A DNA stretch of 64,000 nucleotides. Origin: Neoechinorhynchus agilis. Lineage: Eukaryota > Animalia > Acanthocephala. The DNA is taken from NCBI GenBank assembly GCA_051530055.1, contig CM121342.1, positions 964,797-1,028,796 on the forward strand, given 5' to 3'. A program made the translations under genes and the position numbers. The notes beneath the pieces were generated by a model. The model ran no database searches. It saw only the letters and a list, made by a program, of their open reading frames with translations, and was not told the origin of the DNA. This document shows, in pieces, positions 49,000 through 61,449 of this stretch; the first letter of the stretch is position 1; every line of letters starts with the position of its first letter.

Positions 49000-51063
49000 A
49001 CTTTACGAACTCTTCGTACCAAACATCCGAGTGACAGCGGTCGGCAGTTTTGCGAAGTATCATCATCGAAATCAGAAGTGAAGATGGCAATCTCCTCTTT
49101 TGCTAACGGATCAGCTCAAGGGCTTGACGGGCTGCGGCATCAACACCTAAAGGATATGACTTCCTTTTCAGTTGGTGACGCTGCCCAGTCCCTAGAAGAT
49201 GCATTGGCACACCCAGTCGACCATCCGAAAGCAATTGAGTTATTTTTGAGCGAATCTTTAAGTGCCCTCACAAAAAAAGGAAGGTGGGATTCGTCCCGTT
49301 GCAATTGGAACAACTCTGCGTCGCTTAAGAGCAAAAATTTTAAATAAAATGATCGCGGAAAAAGTAGGGATGCTGCTTCGTCCTACTCAGTTTGGCTGCT
49401 GTACACCTCGTGGGGCAGAGGCGACTCCGTACATTCATAACCGGAAACTAAAAGCCGTGCGTGATCTCGAAATGTGATTTCAAAAATGCATTCAACACAG
49501 TTCACCGAGCAGATTTTTTCGAAGCAGTTAGAGATCACGCACAAGAAGCATTTCGCTATTTCATTAATGCTTATGGAACTTCAACTCCCTTGTTGTTCAA
49601 TAACCATGCTTTGTGGTCAGAAAGAGGAGTTCAACAAGGGGATCCCTTGGGCCAAATAGCCTTCCCACTTGCAGTCAATCCCGTCGCGCACTCTCTCCAT
49701 TCCAGCTTTAACGGTTGGAACCTGGATGATTCCACGCACGCAGGTAACCCTTCTGTAGTACTGCGCGAGCGTCTAGTTAAACTATCGTGAAAGTTTTTCA
49801 GAACCTGATCCCGGGATAGAATTGATCACTCTGGAACGGTTGAGTCTTTGTCGAAGAAGAGGTTGCCAATCTTCAACCGCAACTTTCGGCGCTGTGCGAA
49901 CGAGTTAATAAATTATCTTCACACGAGGCTCTGTTCCTGATCAAGAACATCCTCTTCATTCCAAAATTGCTTTATAAGCTGCATACAGCAAAGCTGGCAA
50001 AATCAGACGAGATGGTGAAAACCTCTGTCGAGAAAATTTTAAATACTTAGCTATCGGACGAAGCCTATTGTCAAGCGTACTTGCCTGGGTCGTCCGGCGG
50101 TTTGGATATTCGAAAAGCAGCCGATATTTCTCTGGCTGCTTATTTGGGATCATATGCAAAAAGCCGCAAACTAGTTCAATCCTTTCTTGGCGAGAATTAC
50201 ACTTTGGATGAAGATTTCGTTGAGGCTCTTAATCTTTGATGTGGAGTTTCAGGCAGTGAGCAAGTACCCGTCTATGGTTGCAAATAATAAGTTTGGGATT
50301 CACTCCTGAGAGCAAGAATTCACAACTCTTTAATTTCAGATTCTCGTGACCTGGTGAACCAAACTCGATTGGCGGCAGTCTCTACAAGAGGATTGGGTGC
50401 TTGGCTCAACGCTCTCCCGAGCACTTCTGTGGGTACCCTTCTCCGACGAGACAGTAAGGATTGCAGTGTCCCTGAGACTTGAGGTACCGACATCCCATCG
50501 CTGCCATTGCGGAGCGACCGTGGAACCATCGGGGCGCCATGGTCTCGTCTGTCGACAATCTGGCGGTAGGTACTTACAACACGCCGAAGTGAACGCAAAT
50601 CATCGTCGTGGTCTGAATATTGGGAATGTACCCAACATTCTAGAGCCGGGCAATCGTTGCCGCCTCGATGGCCGTAGACCGGACGGTGTTACAGTATTCC
50701 CGTGGCGAGAAGGAAAATGCGTTCTCTGCGACGCAGCCAGCAACATGAAGCTCGCCACTGTTAAACCAGGGGGAGCAGCAACCGTCGCCGAGGACCGCAA
50801 AAAGACCAAATACCGGGACTTGGGTCGAAATCATTATTTTGTTCCCTTTGGGGTCGAGACGCTCGGGTCATTTGGTACCGCGGCGCAGAACCTGGTGAAG
50901 CAATTGTCTAAGAGATTGAGACGAATCACTGGCGATCCGAGATCAGGAGCATTGTTCCCACAAAATATAAGTCTGGCTGTGTAACGGTGGAATGCTGCAT
51001 CCGTCCTTTCGACCATTACAATAAGGGCGGCAGCTGAGTGATCCAGATCGGTGGTGTGAATGA
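49000..51063 (+). mobile_element. CRE family B element, 5'-truncated and deleted
   Basis: TLRTKHP, GLDGLRHQHLK, GGIRPVAIG, DFKNAFN, GVQQGDPLG, CHCG, RPDGVTVFPW, FVPFGVETLG. Confidence 0.93.
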
Positions 51064-51199
51064 TCTTATGGCTTTCAAATAAATAAGTTTTTCTGATAGC
51101 GCTCAACACGTGACTATAACTGGAATCAACTGAAGTCTTGTATTACCAACGCTGCAACAGAGCAATTGGGATTCCAAAAGAGGAAACAAACTAACCAGT

Positions 51200-51530
51200 T
51201 CGTTGAGGACCGTAGGATCCCGGTTCTCAACGAACGGCAAAGACTTCACTTCCCGTTCCGTCATCTGCAGTTTCTACCAAGCCGTCAAGACAACTGCCTC
51301 AAAATTCAGTTCAAAACCCGTCGCTATTACTCAGACGCATTCGACTTTCAATTTAACAATTTCCCTATCACAATCAAAAACATCGAGTCCCAAAATATCA
51401 AAAGAAATCACCCCTCCAAATCGATTACCTTTAAAAAAGTCGGTACTTCCAAAATTCCCCACTTCGCCCGAAATTCCCCACCACTCCAAGAACTCCCTAC
51501 CTCTCCCAGAACACAAAATCCAAATTGAAA
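51200..51530 (+). mobile_element. Possible decayed L2/CR1 fragment
   Basis: C/A-rich strand bias like the other L2 copies; VKTTASKFSSKP resembles the LNxxKTxxxxF motif. Confidence 0.3.
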
Positions 51531-51935
51531 ATTTGGGGAAATGGCCTCGAAATGTTCGCTAAGAATCATAAAACAAAATATATTCTAAAATGTCTAAAAC
51601 GCTTAAAAAAGATGGTTTTCGCATTATTGCGGTTCCTCAAATATTTTCTACTCTCGCGTAATTCCAAAAAACGCACCACTTGGCAAGTACTCCATATATC
51701 CGAAGATATTCTCTAGCGAGAGAAATAGCCAATTTGAACTTTTCGTCTAAGTATTCCCCTTTGCTGTATGAACATTCAACGTGGCATATTGTTTTTAGTT
51801 GGCTGTGTTTTAAGTGAAACAGCAGCTCTATGTTTTAGACCACCAAAGCGGTTTGGCATTTTTTACTTCATACGCAATTCACTGAACGCCACTGTATTTG
51901 TATGGCTTTTTTGTAAGCCATCAGACAAAATATTG

Positions 51936-52700
51936 TCAACGGTAAATCTTCATCTCTTTTCCCAGCGCGTAACGGAACGTCAACGAAACTCTCGTCTTAG
52001 ACCGATCGACTACATCACCAACTTCCAACTGGCTTTCCTTTCTGTTCAATACATTCTCTGAGATCGTCTCTGAATGGAGCTCGTTAATTCCATGCATGTA
52101 GTGGGTGTACATCTCCTCCTGGACCACAAACAGACTTCTTGGATTCAAACAAACCGATCGGAAATACCGGTCTTTATCACTAATGGACACGTCGTCCAAA
52201 ATAGGTTCATAATAGTGAATCAATGTGGGTGCCCCGAGCGATATTGTCGATACGCACGGAAAGTAACATGGTCCATCGTGGTGAGGCATTATTCCTTGAC
52301 CTTTTGAATACTCATTGATAAGACAACAATTCGAACGGTGTCCGCCAAACACACCCAAATCGCTTATACGATCGGCAAATGGAATCAAATACTTGATTTT
52401 AAAAATGGAAACTAGTTCAGTATCAGTGAGAGAGCATCTTACCTCTGGTAGCGGCCTGGAGATTCTGAATTTCCCATTCATCGTACGAGTACCTTTGTCC
52501 TCAGCTAGAAATGTAATTTAAAAAAGATAAACTCACCGAGGTTTTGAAGTCGACGGTTCAATAGATACACCCATCTAGTCCGTTCCACGTTGTTGATTCG
52601 AGACAGTAAATATTCCTCTTCACACTCAGTCACAAAATCGGGGATATAGATTATCGGAATCCTTCGATATACTCTGAATGATTTTAATTGATTTCTCTTT
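51936..52700 (-). CDS. ALKBH6: AlkB homolog 6 (start not resolved)
   Basis: IYIPDFVTECEEEYLL..NRRLQN, FGGHRSNCCLINEYSKGQGIMPHHDGP..TISLG..PRSLFVV..Y..MHGI..RVSLTFR; two short introns inferred. Confidence 0.88.
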
Positions 52701-53052
52701 CTAAAATTTTATTCGGAAAAGACTATTCGTTTATTTCTCAGTTGAGTCCCCAGAGGTATTGTGCCAGCCGACAGCTGTCCCAGGGACTCACGAATACAAG
52801 AAATGATTAAAAATTGTTGTTTAAACTTTAATTATAAGATGTAATGAAAGAGCTGAGGGACCTTGAATTAACGGCTTAGTCTATTTCATTGGCATTATTT
52901 GTATGTTTAACCCTCCTTTTCGGAGGATTCATCAGCAGAGTCCTAGGAGCTTCTCGGATAATGTGACGTTTGAGAAGCTCGCTCGTTGCATTGACTGAGC
53001 ATGAGCCCAAATGTTTGAAAGAACTTGTGGAGTCCGAATCGATCATCTACAA

Positions 53053-53075
53053 CAGTGGTGTTCAACCTTTCGTAA
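53053..53075 (+). mobile_element. Solo hAT-like TIR sequence
   Basis: CAGTGGTGTTCAACCTTT resembles Charlie/hAT termini; partner end not found. Confidence 0.35.
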
Positions 53076-54182
53076 TAGGCGAGCCTTTGATGTAAATTTC
53101 GCGGGTCACAGCGCATACGAAAACTTTGAATATGGATTTTTTAAATGAGTTTATTCTCTGAGAATTGAAAGGGCAATAATTGACATGCTCAATGTGCGAG
53201 CCGTTTTCGTCGTTTATTGGACAGTGTTGTTAAGCCATGAAACCTCCTCACGCAACTTGGCGATCTTCTCGAAACAAACTGATCGTACTTTGTTAGATAA
53301 GGAACAGCGGTTTCTCTTTCTGTTCTTCGTCCACCCATAGCTTCAACTACTCAAATCGAGTACAAGAACGACCTGTCTGACATGGGAAGCGCGAATTTCT
53401 TAAAATGCGAAGGGGCGCAAGGAGCGAAACCTCCGGCGCAGTGGGAGTTCGTCTTTAATCCCAAGTTATTCCAATTTAGCGTACAGTATTAACTCTCCTC
53501 CTTTTAAATCACCAAATACGTTTGTGAATGTAGAAATAAAAGTGTTTGAAGATTTTTATATAGCCGAATATTTGAAGTAATTTATTAGGTCATATTCAAA
53601 TGCGGATGAAACACTTTAATAACATTGATAAACGCGTACAAGATTGTGCGCCGAAATATCCAACCTAATAAATTCCTCCAATTTTTCACCGTCATATAAA
53701 AACAGGAATAAAAGTGCGGGCCACATACAACGCCTTCACGGGCGCACAGAAATCCGAATGATAAATTTATTGAAACAATTTTCATAAAAATGGTAGAAGC
53801 GTTTTTGACGATCTTTAATATGTATAAAATGAATTTCCATAGAAAATAATAACATCTATAATATAAAGCTATTTGTAATTTGACCGTACTCTTCGGTAAA
53901 CTAAAAACAAAATTTATATTCTTGAAAGTCGACCAGGAAGCATGAATCAAACGGAATAAATTGAACCATTTGATTAAATTTCAAGCTACCATATTTCATT
54001 TGGCGGTATCTATTTAGAAATCTATCAATTGATTTGGGCTGCTCTGCATAGAAAAATATAAAGTTTGTAATCTAATGACATAAAATCGAGAGAATATCTC
54101 GATCAAATCGTGTTTTATAATGACCACATAATTTTTTAGAGTATTTCGCGAAGTACTATTTCAAGGTTTTCACCCGATAAAT

Positions 54183-54292
54183 AATTTCTTATTAAAGACG
54201 TTTTGAACCTCGTCGGATTCATCAGCGTTTTTTAGAAACTAACAAACTGATGATGAACCCGACGAGGTTTGAAACGTCTTTAAGGAAAAAAT
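54183..54292. repeat. Inverted pair of hammerhead motifs (third pLTR-like family); decayed relative at 13415-13455
   Basis: + arm AAA-CTGATGA-T-GAACC..GGTTT-GAAA-CG-T-C-TTT; the - arm is its diverged reverse complement. Confidence 0.75.
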
Positions 54293-54430
54293 TCTTAACA
54301 CTTCTAATCGTATAGCCCGGCATCTGCGCACATATCAACATTTGAAATATTTTCCATCTTTTAATTCATTTTTGGTTTATCCACTTAAAAATGTAAAGTA
54401 CGTTTTCAGTCTAATTCGTTGCTTGTAAGG

Positions 54431-55781
54431 TCATTTCTTCCTACAAACAAAGAAAGTCGATTTAAATCCGTTTCGTTCCATAGAATCGGGCCTGCTAAGA
54501 TACTCCGTTGTAACGTAAACACTTTGTTCCTCGATTTCAAATCCCCGTTCAACGATATATTGCCAAATACGATCTAGAGGCAAATCGACGCTTTTTTCCG
54601 TTGGATCTCCAGAGAAATGATAAAGAAGCGGACCTGGTGGAAGATAGTATTGAAAGGTGGTTGGTAGTTAACTTCACGTACCTAAATTGATCCAATAACC
54701 ACCTATCTTAAGAATGTCATAGATTTTATCCACATATTCAACAACGTTATTGGCGGTATCAAGAAAAAAGCAAGTTGCAACACAATCCCACACATTTGAG
54801 TGGTTGTAAGTCTCAACGAATTGACCAGCAATGATTTCCATTTTGCCAGTATTTGACAATTGATCGGTTATTGAGACATCAGGAAAGTAAATCGGCTGAA
54901 CCTGATTGCGAATGGAGTGGTTATTAGTGAATGATGTAATCCAGGGAAATATTCGTGTCTCGTTTACATTCAAATTGCTAAGAAGTTCCATTTTTAGAAC
55001 AAATAAGTTATGTGCAAGGCTTACCCGTTGATAATGAACGAAGAAGTTGCAAGCATGAACACTGAGCACTCGTTACCTTGAGAGTGATACCCACGAGAGG
55101 CGATTTCAAAAGTAAGTCGACCGAGGCCGCATCCAGGTGTTAATATTTTAATTTCGTCCGACGATCTAAGCTGAGAACTATGCCATGGAAGCCAATACCA
55201 ATGAAAACGTACCTTGGAAATCGTTTGACAATCGCTTCAAGTATCCGTTTGAAGGACTGATCGCGTTCCAATTCACCCTGGACGCTCCATTCTCTCACAA
55301 TTTGTTTCAGGACAGTGCATATCCGGGAAAAACAGTATTTGGAATGACCAGGGAATTCATAGGTTTCCTTAAGGGATATTAAATCGACAAATCGATTCCT
55401 AATGAATAGATTTTTCGATTCTCAAAGTCAGAATCTTTATTTCCTCCCAATGTAAGTTCTGCCATCTCTATAACCGAATTGAGAAACCGCTGGTTCTCGT
55501 CGCATAAAACCAAGATTTCTTTAAGATCCTTGACATGTTCGACAAGTGCCGAAGACTCGCCGTACTGTGAGAGTGATTGGCATAAGCTTACGTGACCTTC
55601 GATTAATGAGTGGGCATTTTTACTTTAGCCGAAAAATGATTAAATTTCCTGTTGATATCAACAACACTCACCCATATTGTTTCAATGATTGATATAGATC
55701 GCTGAAGGTTTTGCGCGATTCAACGTCGTACATTTCAGGACTATTTGAAAAACCGAATGGCCTCGATTTAGAATTCGTCAT
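54431..55781 (-). CDS. CARNMT1: Carnosine N-methyltransferase (N2227-like)
   Basis: LKQIVREWSVQGELER, ILTPGCGLGRL, GNE..FML, AGQFVETY, WDCVATCFFLDTANNV, GGYWINLGPLLYHF; four GT-AG introns inferred. Confidence 0.92.
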
Positions 55782-56349
55782 ATAAAAATCGAGCTCAAAA
55801 ATCTCGGTAATCTGAAAACAAATCATGCAGTACAAAGACGTTAGAAATCAATTCGCAATTCAAACACGATTAATTTTGTGGAAGAATCCAACACGTTTTA
55901 AAGAATGCATTTTTTAATCAAATTTGAGGTTGCTTCTGGTTGGTTGAAATTTTTCCAACAGCAAATTAAACAATAGTATTTGATTTCTTGGTTTTAAGTG
56001 GACAATTGGGCGGGCTGTTGTAATGATATAAAAACTATTTCCGAGCATTCGACTTCTTACGGCATAAACTTAGGAATCTACAAGGGCGCATGAAGATGTG
56101 AAGAGTGTTAGAGTAGCGACATTGAAGTGTGTAAAGTTCGTCGAGGCTGTTGAGAAGCTCTGGGCTTTGTCGAGCTGATTTTCAGAACTCTCCCTCGCCT
56201 TCCCCTTTCAACCGCCCAGGATATTAGTACATCGGCGATGGCCTCACCATGTCCTTGACCAGAAACCTAACTCGCGTTCGTCTCTATGGAACTCTGAGTG
56301 GTGATTTTTCCATGGTTTAGTCATGATTTTGCGTCCAGGATTAAGGTGA

Positions 56350-57470
56350 GGGAGAGTAAAATAAAGCTGAAGTAAAATTTGGAGAGGTCGGTTGAAGGGA
56401 TTCCTAAATGTCCTATGCGTTTGAGAAGAAAAATTTTAAAGGCGTTAGTCCCATTTCAAGTTTGATTGAAATTGGAGACCCGGAATTCTTAGGGAGGTGA
56501 CTCGTTGGATGTCCTTTAGAAACTCGGGGAGGATGTGGGGTAGCGGGATAGTGAGGGCATTATTTCGAAGCATTTAGAGAAATTGTAAAGATGTTCTCCA
56601 TTAAAGTTTGTTTCAATAGCGAAGATTGTATCAATTAAATTTATTATATGAAAATTTTCGACTTTTTCGTTGGCCTTCTTCAGTCACTCTAAAATTACAA
56701 TAGAATCGAATTTGAGAGCGTCTTAATTCTATTTCAATTTATAGTCAGGTGACGTCTGTGATTGGTGCAAAAACCTTTCATGTGTAGATGTGGGGTCGTG
56801 ATTGAGTGATGAGATTGTCGGCATATAAAAGTTGAGAGTGAGAGGAGAGAGGTTTGAGGTCGTTTAGGAAAATATTAAAAAGAAGTGGTGACAGCACAGC
56901 CCCTTGAGGTACGCCTTTGGTGAGGGACAGGCTGATGATAGAGGTAGAACGGCAGTAAATGTATTGTTTGATACAAGTTGAGACCAAAATCGGAGCAGGC
57001 TCGGAGAAGGAATGAATGGTCCACGGATTCGAATGCTTTTGATAAATCCAGTTGAATGAGAAGGGTGACTTGGGAGGGATTTTTGTCAAGGTTACGTAGG
57101 AGCGTGTCATAAATGCAGAGTAGGGCATCGGTGCGAGGTTTAAAACATTTTTCGATGATTTTTGAAAGAACGGGTAGAATAGATATTGGACGGAATGATT
57201 CAGTGAAATAGGATGTCTTTTTTGGAGATGCCATATAAAAAGCAATGGTTTATAATGCGAAGAGCTCAGTTTGGGATTTCATATTGAGAGGACGGATTTC
57301 GAACGACGAAACTAAGGGAGTACAGGAGAGTTGACATGTCTGATGTGGAGCAACGATTGTAATTTGAGTCCGGGCCGAGGTTCTGATTGATGGAATCTAA
57401 AACCTGTTTGAATTCAGTGAAGATCAAATTTGGGAAGGGATCAGGGTTGCGTAGACCGGGAGCCCCCACT
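56350..57470 (-). mobile_element. L2/CR1-type LINE, decayed, interrupted near 56600-56775
   Basis: SFRPISILPVLSKIIEK, LDLSKAFESVDH, GVPQGAVLSPLLFNIFLND, YAD, LKRIGHLG..FYFSFI. Confidence 0.85.
56648..56688 (-). ncRNA. Hammerhead motif inserted within the LINE
   Basis: GTGA-CTGAAGA-A-GGCC..AGTC-GAAA-AT-T-T-TCAT; same family as 24118-24311. Confidence 0.6.
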
Positions 57471-58353
57471 GGTTAAGCATAATGAAATGATAAATCAAGA
57501 TTTAAAAAAATGTCCTGTTTAAATAATAAAATTAGACTTTGAAGAAAAATCAACTAAGCTAAACTAAGATCCAATCAATCACAGAAACGTATATATTGAC
57601 GAAATGAATGCAATGGCCTTTATTACTCATATCGAATCTATGATATTTTTCGTATTGCTCGTAATTGCACTGACATTCCATCGATAGCTGTGCGTGCTGA
57701 GTACTGATTTTCTCTAAGTCACTTTCTCTTGTCTTTACTACTTCGGTGTAATCAACTAGCGATTTCTGAGTGGCACTTGCGCATGAGCCAGATTTATGCT
57801 TTTTATCCTCCACTGGTGGGATTAAGATGACGCGAGATGAACTATCGGATTATCTGTCGTTTCTCAATTTCTGTTCCAAAGTAAATAAGGTCAAGGATTT
57901 CAGATCGAGATTACCATCATCCTTAAATGGTGAAACAGGCAACTTATGCTGAGATGCACAGGCAGCACTGGTTTGCGCATCATCATTATCGGAGAAACAA
58001 TTGGCTGCGACGATCGAGAATGGATTTCCAGATTGTCCACCGAAGTGCGCCATCAAATCAACCACAGGAGATTACATTTTATAGAAATGAGGACAATGAT
58101 ATATTTTGCCTTTAAACAAATAAAAAATATAGTACATTTTGTTAAATTCTAAAATGTTGACATTTTTATCGTTTAGAAGTATCGTGATTATTGACGTGCA
58201 ACATTTCGATAACATTATTCCTAAAGCGTAATAAATTATTGTTCTATATTATTTGTTTTTATTTTCGAAAATAACAAATCAATAAAATCAACCTCCTTTC
58301 CTTCAATAAATGGATAATGCAAGTACTAGTTTTAAGCGCAATATAAGTTCACT

Positions 58354-58741
58354 ATGCCAATTCCGTGCCTCAGTCAATTCACCTTCGCTGTTGTTCAATT
58401 ATACGTTTTTGAACTTCACAATAGAATTTGCGATGAACTTAGACGACAAAGAACGGTCAGTCTTGAGTTGAAGGATTATAATGTTGGATTCCCCATCAAT
58501 AGAGAAAAAGTTCCCATCGTTGTTCGGGTAAGTTTAAAAAACATTAAATTCTTTTACCGATTTCATCGATTAGCTACTCGCTGACAAATGGGAATATGTT
58601 GATGCTCGCATCGAAGCTGTTCTTCAACCAGACAGATTGTTCGAACCTCGTTTTGTCAGGATTCTGGCACGTCAATTTCATCCATCTGCTCATCTTCCAA
58701 CTCCAACGGAAAACGGATACATTTGCCAGATGAGGAGATAA
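58354..58741 (+). CDS. Small two-exon protein, distant stefin-like family member E
   Basis: ..ELHNRICDEL..PIVVR|LLADKWEY..; phase-0 GTAAGT..TAG intron; paralog at 60490. Confidence 0.6.
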
Positions 58742-59654
58742 AGAATTTTATAAAATTTAACCAAATAAAATATTTATTCAGATTTGTTAATATGAGACGT
58801 GAATCCTCGATTGCTAAACTTAATCCATTGTTTAAATCATCAAATAAGTGTCGACAAATCGCTGGATACGAAAAATAAGCGTCCCGTTACAATCGAACAT
58901 AAATCCCCACTGTTTTCACTCCCTTTCTAATATCGGCGATATATCTTTTTAAATCATCGTCCTCTTTGGATTAAAAAACTGCGATAAAATACTAATCTGC
59001 TTGGATCTTTATTTTTTAGCTTACACATACATCAAGGATCAACACAATCACGCATGTACGTTAAGAGTGCTTATTCGCTTTCTAATCGATTTTGTTTAAG
59101 GATATTCTCTAAGTTTAATACAGGCAGATCATTAAATGAATACCCATCGCACTGTTTATAACATTAGGGAAGTTTCATAGCAAAAGTTGTAAAAGAGATC
59201 AGTTGATTTTTGAGATACATGGAAAGTTAGATAGTTTTTACATATAAATATTCTGTGTTTAGATTACTTAATGAGCTAAAATATCTGAAAAAGAAAATTA
59301 AATTCGATGCAAAAATATTACAATACGTTTAGCATAAATGACCGAATGCTTGGAATTTAAAACACGGTCCGCTTTTTCAGTTTGAGAGTATGAAAATTGC
59401 TGGCATCGGTGGTAAATCAGCAGCGATCGAAATAAGAATGCGCGATCAATTCCTTTTGAGCTACAGAAACATAACACCGAATACAAAACAAAGAACGTCT
59501 GCAGGAATTTTATTCGGGTACACTGTAATTTTGCAACTCCAGAATGGCCGAACTTCCTCGCCTAAGTCCATCCCAAATTGTGTTGTGGAGTTCAAAAATG
59601 TAACATTGAACAAAGGCGAAAGTGAATTGACTCAAGCGTGGTACTTACATAATT

Positions 59655-59830
59655 GGGCCCAGTGGCCTAGTGGTGCGCGTTCAGAACGCGCTCGATATGT
59701 CGCTGTTTCAAGTCCACTAGTCGCTGGGTTCCACGGCGGTTGCGAGGCTGCGGTAAGGGCAGGGTCAGGGTTTGAGATCGCCCACTGGCTCCATAAGAGG
59801 GTTGACCCTGTCCTTTCGAGGTGAGTACAT
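59655..59830 (+). ncRNA. Structured tRNA-like/SINE-like element with Pol III A and B boxes
   Basis: A box TGGCCTAGTGG, B-like GTTTCAAGTCC, long basal stem and second hairpin GGGCAGGGTCAG/TTGACCCTGTCC. Confidence 0.55.
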
Positions 59831-60003
59831 GCGATTTAAGATAAAAAAATACACAATTGGATTATATTGAGCCTAAAACAAGTACTTGCAGCATCAATTT
59901 TTTAAGGAAATCGGGTCTCTTTTATTTGCTTGTCATTTTCGAGAATAAACACAAATAATATCGAAAAATAAATTGGTTGCGCTTTAGGAAAATTGTTATC
60001 GAA

Positions 60004-60078
60004 GGCGATCGTGGATTTGAACTCTTTGACCCTGAAGCAGGGATTCGGAGCTGAAGTCCACTAGACCATCTCGGAACA
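60004..60078 (-). ncRNA. Second tRNA-like Pol III element, convergent with 59655
   Basis: A box TGGTCTAGTGG, B box GAGTTCAAATCC, internal CCCTG/CAGGG hairpin; no full cloverleaf. Confidence 0.45.
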
Positions 60079-60489
60079 ACTACGGAATGTACAAACTAAG
60101 CCAGTTTTATACCTCGCGATAAGTGTTGAATTCTTTTATGCTTCTTGGCAAGCCGGTTATTCAGGATTTTTAGAATATCTTGTGCCTAAAAGGGAAAATA
60201 AGCCGATTAAGGGATGTTCCAAAAACACTGAATCAATATAATCGGCTTGTCAGTAGACATTAAAGAATTTCGTATTTTCAATAGTTTAAAAGCAACAATT
60301 ATCATTGCCATCATTGGTGCAAAATATAAGCTTCTGTGGTCGAATCGATCTTACTTTAGAAAGCGTAACAGATTTTTTTCGACATTGTTTGTGTTTATTT
60401 TTCAAAATGGCAAGCAAATAAAAGCGACCTGCCTTCCCTTAAAAAATAAATAACGCAAGTACTAGTTTTAAGTGCAATATAAGTTCACT

Positions 60490-60878
60490 ATGCGAATTCT
60501 GTGCTTCAGTCAATTCACCTTCGCTGTTGTTCAATTATACGTTTTTGAACTTCACAATAGAATTTGCGATGAACTGAACCGACAAAGAGCGGTCAGTCTC
60601 GAGTTGAAGAATTATAGTGTGGGATTCCCCATCAATAGAGAAAACGTTCCAATCGTTGTTCGTGTAAGTTTGAAAACCATTAAATTATATTCACCGATTT
60701 CGTAGATTAGCAGCTACTCGCTGACAAATGGGAATACGTCGATGCTCACATTGAAGCTGTTCTTCAAATAGACAAATTGCTCGCTCCTCGTTTTTTAGTA
60801 TTCTGCCACTCTAATTTCATTCTAAAATTTCAATCTTTCGGTAGTGAGATCAACCGATTTTATGGATTACTGGATTGA
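60490..60878 (+). CDS. Paralog of the 58354 gene (member F), divergent C-terminus
   Basis: Same exon 1, intron and start of exon 2; upstream flank also duplicated. Confidence 0.55.
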
Positions 60879-61449
60879 CAAAGTGACGTCGGTGAAGTAT
60901 TTTCTTCCATATCGAAGCAATGATTAATAGGAAAATGTAAGGATGCGACTAGCATTAATTTGGACGAAAAATAAAAAATTCTCTCTAATAGAAGCTCAGA
61001 ATAACCCGAGTTCCGAAAGTGGGGGTTCCGAATTGAATAAACTGGACAATTTGCAAATATGGTTAAAAAACTTGTCGTTCGGTCAATCTGCCAAGTGATG
61101 AGTTATGAATAAAAAATATATCTCTGAAATGCAAGCGTTTTAATTAGATATAGGAACTCTCCGTTCTGATATTTTAAAAATGACGCCAACATCAATTACA
61201 GAACTTCGAAAACGCCACCTTAATGATATAAAGGGAAAAAGCAAAACAACATATCAGTGAATTATAGGCAAAAGTGCAACTAAAACGAACATCTCCAAAG
61301 TTCAAAAATGCTCACAAATACACAAGACGCTCAATCCACCTCTTTCAATTCAACGGCAGAGCGAATGCTATAATTTCGTCGACGGCAATAAGCGGGTATA
61401 CGTGAATTCTGTATAACTTTACACGAAAGAATTTAAAAAAACATTCAGT

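Noticed and set aside
53585-53950. 121-aa ORF as a gene or decayed Penelope RT
   Set aside because: AT-rich; only a vague GVxxG similarity and no YxDD motif.
57559-57813. Caspase-like or hAT-like motif (FDMSNKGHCIHFVN)
   Set aside because: Only a short resemblance, with no downstream catalytic motifs.
59390-59824. 144-aa ORF
   Set aside because: Overlaps the GC-rich structured element; no protein motifs, openness is explained by base composition.
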